59,085 nucleotides of DNA from an uncultured Devosia sp. (lineage in GTDB: Bacteria > Pseudomonadota > Alphaproteobacteria > Rhizobiales > Devosiaceae). The stretch's first letter is position 1. Each line of letters begins with the position of its first letter. Location of the stretch: NCBI GenBank assembly GCA_964428685.1, contig CAYRZM010000318.1, positions 1 through 59,085 of the forward strand, given 5' to 3'. A program made the position numbers and the translations under genes. The notes below the pieces were generated by a model. The model was not told the origin of the DNA and made no database searches. It worked only from the letters and a program-made list of their open reading frames with translations. Shown here piece by piece: positions 8,332 through 17,678 of the stretch.

Positions 8332-10020
8332 ATGAAGGACCTCGACAAACACACGCGCATCCCGGATGAGGCGCCCCGCGAGTGGCTGGAAAATGCCGTC
8401 GACTCCGTCGAGTACCTCAAGAGGGCCATGACGGGTCAATGGACTCCGATCTACATCACGGCGCCCTTCTTCTGGTTGTACGCCGTCCTCATGCGGGCCG
8501 ACCACGCCGATCCCGTTGACCACGTGAAGCTTGGTAATGTGTGCATCGACTCAATGTCCGGCTGGAGGCTTGAACACGCATGGGGTGGCGGCCAGCCCGA
8601 GCGCATGTATCTCGCGGCGGGTATCGGCGAGCGCGATGGGTCTCCCCTCAGCGGAGGCCAGCAGTTGGTGTACTCGCGGCGTATGCACGGCCGCGAGGAG
8701 TACGTCGAGATCGACCAGCGGCTCGTGCAGGCGCTCGATGTCCACTGGCTGGACGAACGGCGTGCATTCTGCCGCATCAACGATAAGGGCGATATCGAGC
8801 CGATCATCAAGATAGAGCGCTTGTCACCCGATGAGGACGGGCACAGAGGAACCATCGTTTCGGTCAAGGACACCGACCTGACAAAGTACATGGCGGTGAG
8901 TGGAATGGTGCTCGCCGCGAAGTTCGACTTTACCCGCGTTGATCACAAGAAGGTAGGATTCAACGGTTGGGGAGATCACGGGCGCTTCGAATTCGAAGCT
9001 CCTGATCTAGCCTATCACGGCGGCCAGTTGCCCCGGCAGGCAAGCTACGTCAACGGTTGGATCATCCTGCGGCCCCGCAAGACGGTGGCCGAGATTATGG
9101 ACGATGAGAACACTGCGTCAGACCGATCAAAGCGGCAGCACGCGGAGTTCATAATTCAGGATTTCAGGCACAATCGCATTACGGTCTGCTCGGCCGCGCC
9201 GGGCGCCAGCACGAACTACTTCGACGCGGTCGAGGGCCTTCCCTTCGAGCTCTCGCCGGCGTTCTTCCGCGCAGAGGTCATGGCGAAGTACAAGGCCGAC
9301 AGCGACAAGTATCAGATCGACGGTCGTTCCATCCGGTGCCGTACCGCGTGGGAGCTTAGGTCTTTCGATATCAATGAGGCCGGTCAGGTTCACGCCTATC
9401 TGCAGGATCTGTCGCACCTTCCCTACGATGAGCAGCTCTACTGGAAGTCGTTCAACGAGGAACCGAAGGCGACGATCTCAAAGCGAAGCTACACCAGCGA
9501 CTTCCTGGGTCAGTGGACGTCCGAGCCCGACCCCTTGGACGAGATCAAGAGGACTGTCGGGGCGCTGGATCGGTCGCCGCCGGCGTGGTGGGTGGCGAGA
9601 GGCGAACCAGTCCAGCTGGCCGCCCAATATCCATCGCAGGAGAACGCAGCCGAATGGGGCGACGAGATCATGCACCTCGACCAGCTTGTCGTAGAGGGGC
9701 TCAAGGAAAGCGAATTGCGGAAAGTCGCGACTCGACTGAACGCGACAGTGGAAGCCAATTGGCGCTCGTTGAAGATCATCGAGGCGATCCTTACCGTCGC
9801 TGGCCGCTCGGCCGACGAAGCTAAGGCCACCGTGGCGCCGCTCCAGCGAATGCATGGGCTTCGTAGCACCCTGACGGCCCACACGGGAGGGAGCGCAAAG
9901 GTCGAGGAGCAGCAGAACGCAATCCGGGAGCACGGCACATACCGCGCGCACTTCGAGCATCTCGCTACAGGGGTCATGACGGCAATGACCGCGATCCGAG
10001 CGGTACTGGAGGAAGACTAG
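8332..10020 (+). CDS. Large hypothetical protein with C-terminal HEPN-like RxxxxxH
   Basis: Long ORF (alternative GTG start 8287); ELSPAFFRAEV...YLQDLSHLPYDEQLYWKSFN; C-terminal LRSTLTAH. Confidence 0.7.
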   Translation: MKDLDKHTRIPDEAPREWLENAVDSVEYLKRAMTGQWTPIYITAPFFWLYAVLMRADHADPVDHVKLGNVCIDSMSGWRLEHAWGGGQPERMYLAAGIGERDGSPLSGGQQLVYSRRMHGREEYVEIDQRLVQALDVHWLDERRAFCRINDKGDIEPIIKIERLSPDEDGHRGTIVSVKDTDLTKYMAVSGMVLAAKFDFTRVDHKKVGFNGWGDHGRFEFEAPDLAYHGGQLPRQASYVNGWIILRPRKTVAEIMDDENTASDRSKRQHAEFIIQDFRHNRITVCSAAPGASTNYFDAVEGLPFELSPAFFRAEVMAKYKADSDKYQIDGRSIRCRTAWELRSFDINEAGQVHAYLQDLSHLPYDEQLYWKSFNEEPKATISKRSYTSDFLGQWTSEPDPLDEIKRTVGALDRSPPAWWVARGEPVQLAAQYPSQENAAEWGDEIMHLDQLVVEGLKESELRKVATRLNATVEANWRSLKIIEAILTVAGRSADEAKATVAPLQRMHGLRSTLTAHTGGSAKVEEQQNAIREHGTYRAHFEHLATGVMTAMTAIRAVLEED

Positions 10021-10096
10021 CAGTCCACAACAATAATGGTCAGGCCATCCCCATCGCCCTTTCGGTTCGACCGGGCCGCCCCTATCTTCTCTGACC

Positions 10097-10321
10097 ATGA
10101 GTGACAGCGATATCCAGATCGACGGCGAACCCGACCCCAAGCCCTTCAAGCTGTGGCGGCTTGATGTTGACGGCCAGCCACTCACGCGGCTTGGGGAATA
10201 CGCCACCGAGGATGAGGCCCGAGTGGCGCGGGACAGCACCCACCTCGACTATCGCACCTCAATCTACCACCACAATCACAAGCTGCAGGACAGGGGGCGC
10301 GACGGACGCACTGGCGGCTAA
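10097..10321 (+). CDS. Small hypothetical protein
   Basis: 74-aa ORF overlapping the start of the next gene; no family recognised. Confidence 0.35.
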   Translation: MSDSDIQIDGEPDPKPFKLWRLDVDGQPLTRLGEYATEDEARVARDSTHLDYRTSIYHHNHKLQDRGRDGRTGG

Positions 10322-10865
10322 GTTCCTCGAAGCACTTGGCGGTGGGCCGAAGCTGGGTGTGGTGTTGCTCGTCGTGGGTGGGGCGATGCTGGGCCTCGAT
10401 CACTTCGGCGTCCTGGACCTTCACGCGGTGGGGGCTTGGGCGCCCGCGCTAGGCTGGCTCGTGGTGTGCGCGGGCGGTGCCCTCCTCATCTTCGCGGTGG
10501 CGGAAGCAGCGTGGCGCAGGGTGACCGGCGCCACCGGCGCACGCACTGCACTGAGCGCGCTAGAGTCCGAGGCCGAGCGAAACCTATCGGCTCTGGTAGA
10601 CGACGAGCGCGTCTATCTGAACTGGCTCTTCAGAGCGAACATGCAGCGCTTCCCTTGCGACTACTGGGATGATGGCATCGAGGGCCTGCGCAACAAGCAG
10701 ATCATCTACGTGCCCGAACACTCAACCGGGGGCGTTTATCTCATCCGCGACAGCGTCTGGAAGCATCGCGACGAACTGATCGCAGCCTGGGGATACTTAC
10801 CCAGTGCCTTCAAACCCCTCGGGCTCATGACCGAATCCGAGCGCGCCGAGCGGGCGCGAATATAG
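10302..10865 (+). CDS. Superinfection exclusion B (SieB)-like membrane protein; start uncertain
   Basis: Two hydrophobic helices then LSALVDDERVYLNWLF...GLRNKQII...YLIRDSVW; GGGGG followed by in-frame ACG at 10302. Confidence 0.5.
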   Translation, partial: TDALAAKFLEALGGGPKLGVVLLVVGGAMLGLDHFGVLDLHAVGAWAPALGWLVVCAGGALLIFAVAEAAWRRVTGATGARTALSALESEAERNLSALVDDERVYLNWLFRANMQRFPCDYWDDGIEGLRNKQIIYVPEHSTGGVYLIRDSVWKHRDELIAAWGYLPSAFKPLGLMTESERAERARI

Positions 10866-11364
10866 GCAGCAACTAGCTCTCATCCACACCGAGCCCGTGG
10901 ATATGCCGGGCTTTCACGCTTCCAGCGATGGCCCCGGATGACGGCTTGCATCGCCACATCCATCGGCCGGAATGCCCCCTCATCGCTCTGTTCGGCCCAC
11001 ACGCGGCCGTACGCGGCCTTCAGGGCTTAGTGGGCCTGCCACCCCACCCGAGGGCGACTTGCCCGCCACGGGGCACCTGTGCGCCCTGTTTGGCGAAGCA
11101 TCGGGAAGCATGGTGGGGCAACCGACGATGCTTCTCGGGGTACCGGACTTCCGGGGCTCTGCGGGTACGCCAAATCGGCCGTTCCCCTCGGACGCCCCCA
11201 GTGCCGCTGTCTCATTAAGGAGACAGTCGCCGAGATGGGCGACGTGGCGGCGGGGAGAGCGGGAAGCATCGCCGAAAATCGTCGTAGCTGCGGACATCAT
11301 GCGCTCGGTACCGCCCTCATAGCTCGCAGGTGGAAATGGGGCCCCTCATCTTTAGAACGCTGAC

Positions 11365-12114
11365 CTAGACGTCGCGATACTTCTCCCAATCGATCTCGCC
11401 GGTCTCACTGACGTCGAAGGGGAACACGGCCAGTCCGGCGCGGATCGCATCGAGCATGTCCTCCTCGGTGCCCATCCAGTGGTTGATCTTCTCCTTGTTC
11501 GCTCGGGGCCTCCTGTAGGCGAGGTTGGCCAGCACATGCAGACCGGCCAGCCGGCGGCCGACGAAGGGGATGACGTGGTCAACCTCGTGACCGGGAGGAG
11601 TGGTGGCATAGAAGCGCTTGATCGCCTCACGCTCTTCGTCGGATTGCCAGGGCGGCGTGCGCAGGACGTGAAGCCGGTGACCGGCAAGACCACGCCGACC
11701 ACGGTCCCGGCGCCTGGCCCGGTGCTTCTCAGGGTCGGCCCAGTACGCGTCCCGAGCCCTCTTGGCCTGGGCGGAGTAGTACACCTCGGTGCCCACCTCG
11801 CGCAGCTTCTCCCGGAGCCGCGCTTGACGCTTCGCACGCTCGGTCAGCCGCTTCCACTCGCCGGTAGGCTGCGCGGCCTTGCGGTCGGCACGGCGACGTT
11901 CGGCATCGGCCTCTCTCTGCGGCCGGGCCTCGGCCCACAGCCGCGCCCGGCGCCGCTTGTCCATCTGGCGCTGGCACTCGGCACAGGTGCCGTTGTGGGC
12001 GCGACGCGGCGCGACATGGCCGTGCGCGCAGGGGAGACCGGTGAAGTAGTAGGCGGAGCCCGCCGCACGGGCCTCGTCGGCGGTCTTGGGATAGGTGGAG
12101 TGGTCAACGATCAT
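11365..12114 (-). CDS. Phage-type HNH endonuclease with N-terminal CxxGH...CxxC motif
   Basis: YYFTGLPCAHGHVAPR...CAEC; EVDHVIP...GLHVLANL...N..K.N. Confidence 0.8.
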   Translation of the reverse strand: MIVDHSTYPKTADEARAAGSAYYFTGLPCAHGHVAPRRAHNGTCAECQRQMDKRRRARLWAEARPQREADAERRRADRKAAQPTGEWKRLTERAKRQARLREKLREVGTEVYYSAQAKRARDAYWADPEKHRARRRDRGRRGLAGHRLHVLRTPPWQSDEEREAIKRFYATTPPGHEVDHVIPFVGRRLAGLHVLANLAYRRPRANKEKINHWMGTEEDMLDAIRAGLAVFPFDVSETGEIDWEKYRDV

Positions 12115-12440
12115 CGGCGTTCCCCAACAGGGTTCGATATGGGTGAAATCTGATCCCAAGCGCGGGTTCAGCGCCCGCCCCCCCGCTATAAGCGGGGGTG
12201 GAGGCGTTGGCGCCGGTAGAGGCCGGGCGCATGGACTCGGAAGATGGACAAAGCCCCGCAGTGGCCCGGCGTTCGGGCGTCTCCGCGATGAGGCGTCCGG
12301 CCTGAAAAGGGCTGGACCCTAGTTGCCCGCAACGCTTACGAACAGGCTGGGTTCGTGCCAATTGCGATGCCCCGAAATCGGCTGGCACGCACTCGCGGAG
12401 TTCCGGGCCTTTGAGCCCCATCCAGGTCTCGCAGGATTTG

Positions 12441-12932
12441 CTAGCCAAAGCGCGCGCCCACGGCTCCAAGCCTGATGGCATTGCCCCATCCGACCCTCGT
12501 GACGCGGTACACGCGCCCGTCGAACTCAACGAGCTTGCGGCGGCGCAGGCTGCGGACGGCGGCGCTGACGTTCGCCCGGCTCATCCCGCGCACGGCCGGA
12601 TCGGCCAGCTCGGTCTGCGTGATGATCCCGGCGCGCTCGGCGATGGCGACCAAGACGCGAGCTTCGGTCGTGGCGGGACGCAGGTCGCCGCGCACCGGCT
12701 CGTTCCGATCAAGTTCTCGCTGGGCGATCCGCTCATGCACGCGCACGGCCGCCCGCGCCTCGCCAAGCGCGATGCAGACCACACAGCCCTTGCCGACCTT
12801 GGCGAGCGCGAAGTGACCGTTCCGGCATCGCCCGCCCGAATAGTAGTACAGCCGATCATGCGCCTTGGCCTCGGCGGACGAGCGCGGCAGCAGCTTCCAG
12901 TCACGGCTGGGGACGGTGGTGAGCGATCTCAT
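12441..12932 (-). CDS. CxxGH...CxxC motif plus winged-HTH protein
   Basis: YYYSGGRCRNGHFALAKVGKGCVVC; ITQTELA...SRANVSAAVRSLRRRKLV. Confidence 0.65.
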   Translation of the reverse strand: MRSLTTVPSRDWKLLPRSSAEAKAHDRLYYYSGGRCRNGHFALAKVGKGCVVCIALGEARAAVRVHERIAQRELDRNEPVRGDLRPATTEARVLVAIAERAGIITQTELADPAVRGMSRANVSAAVRSLRRRKLVEFDGRVYRVTRVGWGNAIRLGAVGARFG

Positions 12933-12971
12933 CGAGTAGTCCTGGGGTTAGAGGCAGGCCCCTTGCGTCGC

Positions 12972-13172
12972 GAGGCCCGTGACGGCTGTCCGCGTCACGG
13001 GCCTCTATGGGAGCGGGGGAGTTGCGGTCCCGCGCCCTCAACTGGTGCCCCTCGATGGGAAGGCTGTGAGTGACATCGAGGGGCTGAGCGCGTAAGACGC
13101 TCGGGTAGCCCCGCAGCACGTGCCGCGAGGCCCTTGGTGGCTGAGGCCCACCACCCGCCCACGTGGGGCGGG
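12972..13172. other. Chain of about six closely spaced inverted repeats (candidate structured RNA or DNA site)
   Basis: 13-bp stem 12972-13005, 11-bp stem 13047-13084, further stems 13086-13102, 13103-13133 (imperfect), 13135-13153, 13154-13172. Confidence 0.55.
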
Positions 13173-13198
13173 AGCTTATTGTCGCTCATGCCGTGAGG

Positions 13199-13423
13199 CT
13201 AGAGCGAGACTCCACCGAACCCATCGTAGATGGTGGAGTGATACTTCCAGTGGCGTCCCCGGTGGAGGGCTCCACGGTCCATGAGGATGCTCGCGGCCCT
13301 GTCGACGGCGTCGATGGGCAGATTGCGCTGCGCCACCTCCCGCACGTCGCTGGCGTCGAGCACGCGGTACTGGCGGGCGGCCTTCACAGTCGCCGCGAGC
13401 GCGAGGTCGAAGTCCGTCATCAC
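13199..13423 (-). CDS. Small hypothetical protein
   Basis: GTGA overlap with upstream gene, same orientation as the element's left-reading genes. Confidence 0.5.
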   Translation of the reverse strand: MMTDFDLALAATVKAARQYRVLDASDVREVAQRNLPIDAVDRAASILMDRGALHRGRHWKYHSTIYDGFGGVSL

Positions 13424-14133
13424 TTCAGCCGGTGCTTGGAGACCGGCGTACCCTTGTTCTGCCGGTAGTTCTTCCAGATGGCTTGGGCGTCGAGGGACTC
13501 GACGGTCACGGGCTCGCCCTCGCCATTGGCGCGGGCTTCGATCTCGTCCAGGTCGCGCTCGACGTTGGCGAGATCGGACATGGGGTGACGGACGCGGTCG
13601 GCGGCGACGGCATTGGGAGCGGAGGCCGAGGGGAGCTTCACCGGCTCGGCCACCACGACGCCGGAGCGCTCGCCGGCGAGGTGACCGACGAAGCGCACGG
13701 CAGCGTTCAAGGCGTCACGGGTCGCGGCGTAGTTGTTGGAGGCGACGGTCGCTCGGGCAGCAGCTTCCTCGCTGGCCGCACTCGCGCTCTGGCGCGCGCG
13801 GAGCAAGCGCTTGGCCAGTTCGGGGTCGATGGCATGGCCGCCCTCGCGGGCGTCGTAGTGAGCGCGAGACTCGTTGGCCTTCGCCTCATCGAACTTCTCG
13901 CGGGCCTTGTTGAAGGTGCCGAGCGCACCCTCATTCGCCCCTTCGAGCGTGGCAGCGGCCGACTGGACGCGGCCGAGAGCCTCACTCACTTCGGGGTTCT
14001 TCTCCAGCCACCCGGCGACGGCGGGATTCTCGGACTGGAAGCCACCACCGTGGACGGCAGGAAGCTTCGGGGAGGGGCTGGCGCCCCGGAACGGGTCGAC
14101 CACTCGGCCGACGAAGTCATTGACGATGCTCAT
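13420..14133 (-). CDS. Ala-rich coiled-coil hypothetical protein
   Basis: AAGGAG RBS before ATG 14133 (MSIVNDF). Confidence 0.65.
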   Translation of the reverse strand: MSIVNDFVGRVVDPFRGASPSPKLPAVHGGGFQSENPAVAGWLEKNPEVSEALGRVQSAAATLEGANEGALGTFNKAREKFDEAKANESRAHYDAREGGHAIDPELAKRLLRARQSASAASEEAAARATVASNNYAATRDALNAAVRFVGHLAGERSGVVVAEPVKLPSASAPNAVAADRVRHPMSDLANVERDLDEIEARANGEGEPVTVESLDAQAIWKNYRQNKGTPVSKHRLK

Positions 14134-14299
14134 CTGAGCATTCTCCTTCACAGGGATGGCGCGGGGGCGGGTGCCCTCGCTACTGGCTCCACCTATGGCT
14201 TGCTGTTCGGGAGATGCGCAAATGGGGGTCGCGCTCAGCGCCCTCATCGCACAATTATGATTGTACCGGCGTTCCAGAAGCGGCCGGCGTACGGGCCTC

Positions 14300-14479
14300 T
14301 CAGCCCTTATCGCGGTGCTGATCCACCCAGCGGCTAAGCTCGTCTTCGGCGTAACGGACCATCCTGCTGCCCAGCCGGACGGGCGCCGGGAAGCCGGACT
14401 TCTTCACAAGCCGGAAGAACGTGCGGCGGCTGACGGCCAACCTCGCGGCGGCCTGCTGGGCGGAGAGCAGTTGAGACAT
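14300..14479 (-). CDS. AlpA-family regulator / recombination directionality factor
   Basis: LLSAQQAAARLAVSRRTFFRLVKKSGFPAPVRLGSRMVRY. Confidence 0.85.
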   Translation of the reverse strand: MSQLLSAQQAAARLAVSRRTFFRLVKKSGFPAPVRLGSRMVRYAEDELSRWVDQHRDKG

Positions 14480-14543
14480 GCCGACCACAATGGGAGATCT
14501 CGCCACCATTGCAAGTGATGCGCTGCCCTGGGACGCTCGATCG

Positions 14544-15533
14544 TCAAGCGGCGCGACGGAGGGTCGCTCGCACATCGCGGGTAGAAGACCACTCTCGGCG
14601 AAGCTCCGCGATGGCGAACGCAGCGGGTCCGGTATCCATCTCGGCGCCAATGTACCCGCGCCCAAGCCGCAGCGCAGCGACCCCCACGGGCGCCAGCCCC
14701 GCGAAGGGGTCTACGATGTACTCGCCGGGCATCGAGTAGGTTTCGATGAGCGGGGCCATGATCTCGTGGGGTTTGGGCGTAGCGTGGGTACCCCGGCGCG
14801 GATCGTGATTGGGGACCTTCAGGTGCCGGATGCTGAAGGGGGGATGAGCCGGTCGTCCCTCCGAGGCAATGATGACGCACTCTCGCCCGCTCATGGTCGG
14901 ATGAATCTTGTCCCACGGAATGACGACCATCGACAGACCGGCCGCCGACAGCGCAGTGGTCCAGTCGTAGAGGGCCTCGGCGTTGCTCCACAGAGCCATC
15001 ACGCCACCGGGCTTCAACATCCGCTTGAGCGGCTCGATGCACCAGAGCGGAGCCTTGTCGTCGCCGAGCACCTTCTGTCCCCGCGCCGTGGTGTAGTCGA
15101 TGCCATAGGGCGGGTCGGTCAGCACCATCCCGACCTTGAAGCCGTTGGCGGCCATCGACTCCAGCGTCTTTTGGACGTCGCGCTGGATGAACATCAAGCC
15201 GTCCCACAGGAACAGCTTGGATGGAGCGGGAGGGCTCGGCGCCGGGGGCGGGGCGGCGGTAAGGTCGTCCAGCTCCCGCAGGCGGTCCCGCTCCGTGCCC
15301 TCGATCGCCTTGAGCAGGTCTTCGCCGAGCCGGCTCCAGCGCACCCACCGCTGCGCGGTCTTCGGCTTAGCGCCGACTTCCCGCGCCACCACGCCGGCGA
15401 ATCTGGACTCAGAGTCCACCACGCCCTCGGCCTGCCGCAGGTCTCGCCATTCCAGCACCAGCCGCGCGCAGCGGGCACAGGAGACCGCAGGCTTCAGGGA
15501 CTCGATGATGGTCCGGACGCGGGACGTGGGCAT
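14544..15533 (-). CDS. Orphan N6/N4 DNA methyltransferase (beta motif order) with N-terminal HTH-like region
   Basis: LTDPPY precedes HATPKP...DPFAG...GRGYIGAE. Confidence 0.85.
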   Translation of the reverse strand: MPTSRVRTIIESLKPAVSCARCARLVLEWRDLRQAEGVVDSESRFAGVVAREVGAKPKTAQRWVRWSRLGEDLLKAIEGTERDRLRELDDLTAAPPPAPSPPAPSKLFLWDGLMFIQRDVQKTLESMAANGFKVGMVLTDPPYGIDYTTARGQKVLGDDKAPLWCIEPLKRMLKPGGVMALWSNAEALYDWTTALSAAGLSMVVIPWDKIHPTMSGRECVIIASEGRPAHPPFSIRHLKVPNHDPRRGTHATPKPHEIMAPLIETYSMPGEYIVDPFAGLAPVGVAALRLGRGYIGAEMDTGPAAFAIAELRREWSSTRDVRATLRRAA

Positions 15534-15694
15534 GCTGGCGGTTCCTTCGCCTTCGTGAGGGCAGCCGGTCAGGATGACGGGCGACGAGACGAAGTCACGA
15601 AGGGACGGAGATTAACGTTACCTGCTCACCGGACGCGTCCTTCCCGTGGCGTTGGCCGTGCGATAGCGTCCCCTCGCTGTAGGGAGGACATGCA

Positions 15695-16087
15695 ATGACG
15701 AAGTTCTTGCCCGGCGCTCTGGCCCTGCTGTGGGCAGCGATCACGGCGAGCGGGGCGTTCGCTCAGGTTGCCGGGGGCAACTTCGTCAGCCTCGACGGGG
15801 TGCTTGAGCATCATTTCGCGCAGTCGGGCGACTATCTCGGGAAGGCAAGCGACATGGACACGCCGGCCGTGGGGGTGTTCCGAGAGGGCGATGGCGTCTG
15901 CTGGACCACGCTGAGCGATGGGACGAAGCAGCCGGGGAACGTGCTGATCTACGTCGGCGAGGTTCAGTGCTGCATGAGCGCCGAGGCCATATCGGATAAG
16001 GTCGCCTTCACTCAGGTCTGGGTCAAAGGCACCGGCGTCGGATATCGGATGTGCACGAACCAAGTATTCCGCCGCGTGGCCGACTAA
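15695..16087 (+). CDS. Secreted hypothetical protein with four Cys
   Basis: Signal peptide ending AFA-Q; GGAGG RBS. Confidence 0.65.
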   Translation: MTKFLPGALALLWAAITASGAFAQVAGGNFVSLDGVLEHHFAQSGDYLGKASDMDTPAVGVFREGDGVCWTTLSDGTKQPGNVLIYVGEVQCCMSAEAISDKVAFTQVWVKGTGVGYRMCTNQVFRRVAD

Positions 16088-16095
16088 GGCCGGGC

Positions 16096-16119
16096 TGGGT
16101 AGGTCCTAGCGTAGGTCCG
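16096..16119 (+). repeat. Arm-type site pair of element 1 (right)
   Basis: TGGGTAGGTCC-tagc-GTAGGTCCG. Confidence 0.7.
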
Positions 16120-16167
16120 CCGAATCTGGAGGGCTCAGAGGCCGACGAACAGCCACTAGTGTCCCGT

Positions 16168-16181
16168 CTCCCTCTCCGCCA
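16168..16181 (+). repeat. att core copy 3
   Basis: CTCCCTCTCCGCCA. Confidence 0.9.
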
Positions 16182-16446
16182 CCTCCGCTCCACCCAAGAC
16201 GTCGCAAAATGCTGCTATGTCCGCGTGGCAGCGGCACTATTGCGTAGGGCGTGTAAGGGGTTGGCGGAGATGCCGGGAGCGGCCTTCCGCCGGTAGCAGC
16301 ACAAGTGCCCGAAGCTCTAGGCAGACACGCCGCGATACACCGTCTGTCCGGCTGTCTGTCCGTTAACCGCCCTTCTAGCCCCCTTTGCCGAAGGCCTGGA
16401 CTAACTTGCGGCCAACCCCATTTGTGCGTCCCACCACGAGGGTCAA

Positions 16447-17643
16447 ATGCCCGGCGCACCACGGTCTCTCACCGCTGCTCAGGTCGCGGCCATCAAGAAG
16501 GATGGCCTGACCCGCGTTGCGCCCAGCCTGTACCTGCAAGTGCGCGAGCAGGGCACGCGGTCTTGGATGTTCCGCTACAGCAAGAATGGCGAGAACAGAT
16601 GGATGGGTCTTGGGGCCATGGCCGACAAGCCGTTTACCGAAGCCGGCGACGAAGCGGCGATGCTGAGGGCGCTGGTCAAGCGCGGTGGCGATCCGCTGGG
16701 CGAGAAGCGGCAGGTCCAGCTCCAGCGGCGGCTCGACCATCAGCCGAAGGCTCCGACCTTCGACGAGTGCGCCAAGTAGTACATCGCCGCCCACGAGAGC
16801 AGCTGGAAGAACGAGAAACACATCGCTCAGCGGAAGATTACCCTCAAGACCTACTGCGGTCCGGTGATCGGCAAGAAGCGAGTCGACGAGATCACCGTCG
16901 AAGATGTGCTGAAGGTCCTCAAGCCGATCTGGGTCGAGAAGCCGGAAACAGCCAGCAGGCTCCGGGGCCGGATCGAGAAGGTGCTCGGCTGGGCGACGGC
17001 CATGAAGTACCGCACCGGTGAGAACCCGGCCGCCTGGAACGGCGCGCTGCAGCATCTGCTGCCGGCGACCTCCTCCATCCAGAAGGTCGAGCACCACAAG
17101 GCTGTCCCCTACAAGGATGTGCCCAAGCTGATGGCCGACCTTCGCGAAAACGGCAGCATCAGTGCCAAGGCCTTGATGTTCACCATCCTCACCGCCTCCC
17201 GCACCGGCGAGGTGATCGGCGCCACCTGGGAGGAGTTCGACTTCACTAGGAAAGTCTGGACCGTTCCGGCCGCCCGGATGAAAGCCGACCGCGAGCACCG
17301 TGTGCCGCTCAGCGACGAAGCCGTTGCCATCATCGAGAGTCTACCGCGTGACGAGCGCTATGTGTTCCACAACGAGTTCGGGCTGAAGCTCAGCAACATG
17401 GCGATGCTCATGCTGCTGCGCGGCATCCGCGATGACGGTGTCACGGTGCACGGCTTTAGATCATCGTTCCGGGACTGGGCGGCTGAGCAGACCGATACGC
17501 CGCGCGAGGTGGTGGAGGCCTGCCTCGCTCATGCTGTCGGCGATGCCGCGGAGCTGGCCTACAAGCGCAGCGATTTTCTGGAGAAGCGGCGCGCGGTGAT
17601 GCAAAACTGGTGGACGTTCGCGTGTACGTCGAACGTCCGCTAA
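16447..17643 (+). pseudogene. P4-like integrase 2 interrupted by an in-frame TAG
   Basis: ORFs 16447-16779 and 16864-17643 share a frame; TAG at 16777-16779; catalytic R, K, HGFR, H, Y intact downstream. Confidence 0.9.
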
Positions 17644-17658
17644 GCGCCAAAAGTGGAC
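17635..17658 (+). repeat. 24-bp 7-10-7 site, copy 1
   Basis: GTCCGCT-AAGCGCCAAA-AGTGGAC. Confidence 0.7.
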
Positions 17659-17678
17659 TTTTCGAACGCTGGCCACGA

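Larger units (their letters stand above)
4054..16181. mobile_element. Element 1: ~12 kb phage-satellite-like integrative element
   Basis: 14-bp direct att repeats at both ends, intact integrase, AlpA-type gene, paired GTAGGTCC repeats near both ends. Confidence 0.85.

Noticed and set aside
10928-13190. Group I/II intron or IscB/HEARO around the HNH gene
   Set aside because: No intron core or domain V motifs, no interrupted host gene and no RuvC motifs seen
16262-16270. Inverted partial att copy TGGCGGAGA
   Set aside because: Only 9 nt; expected by chance
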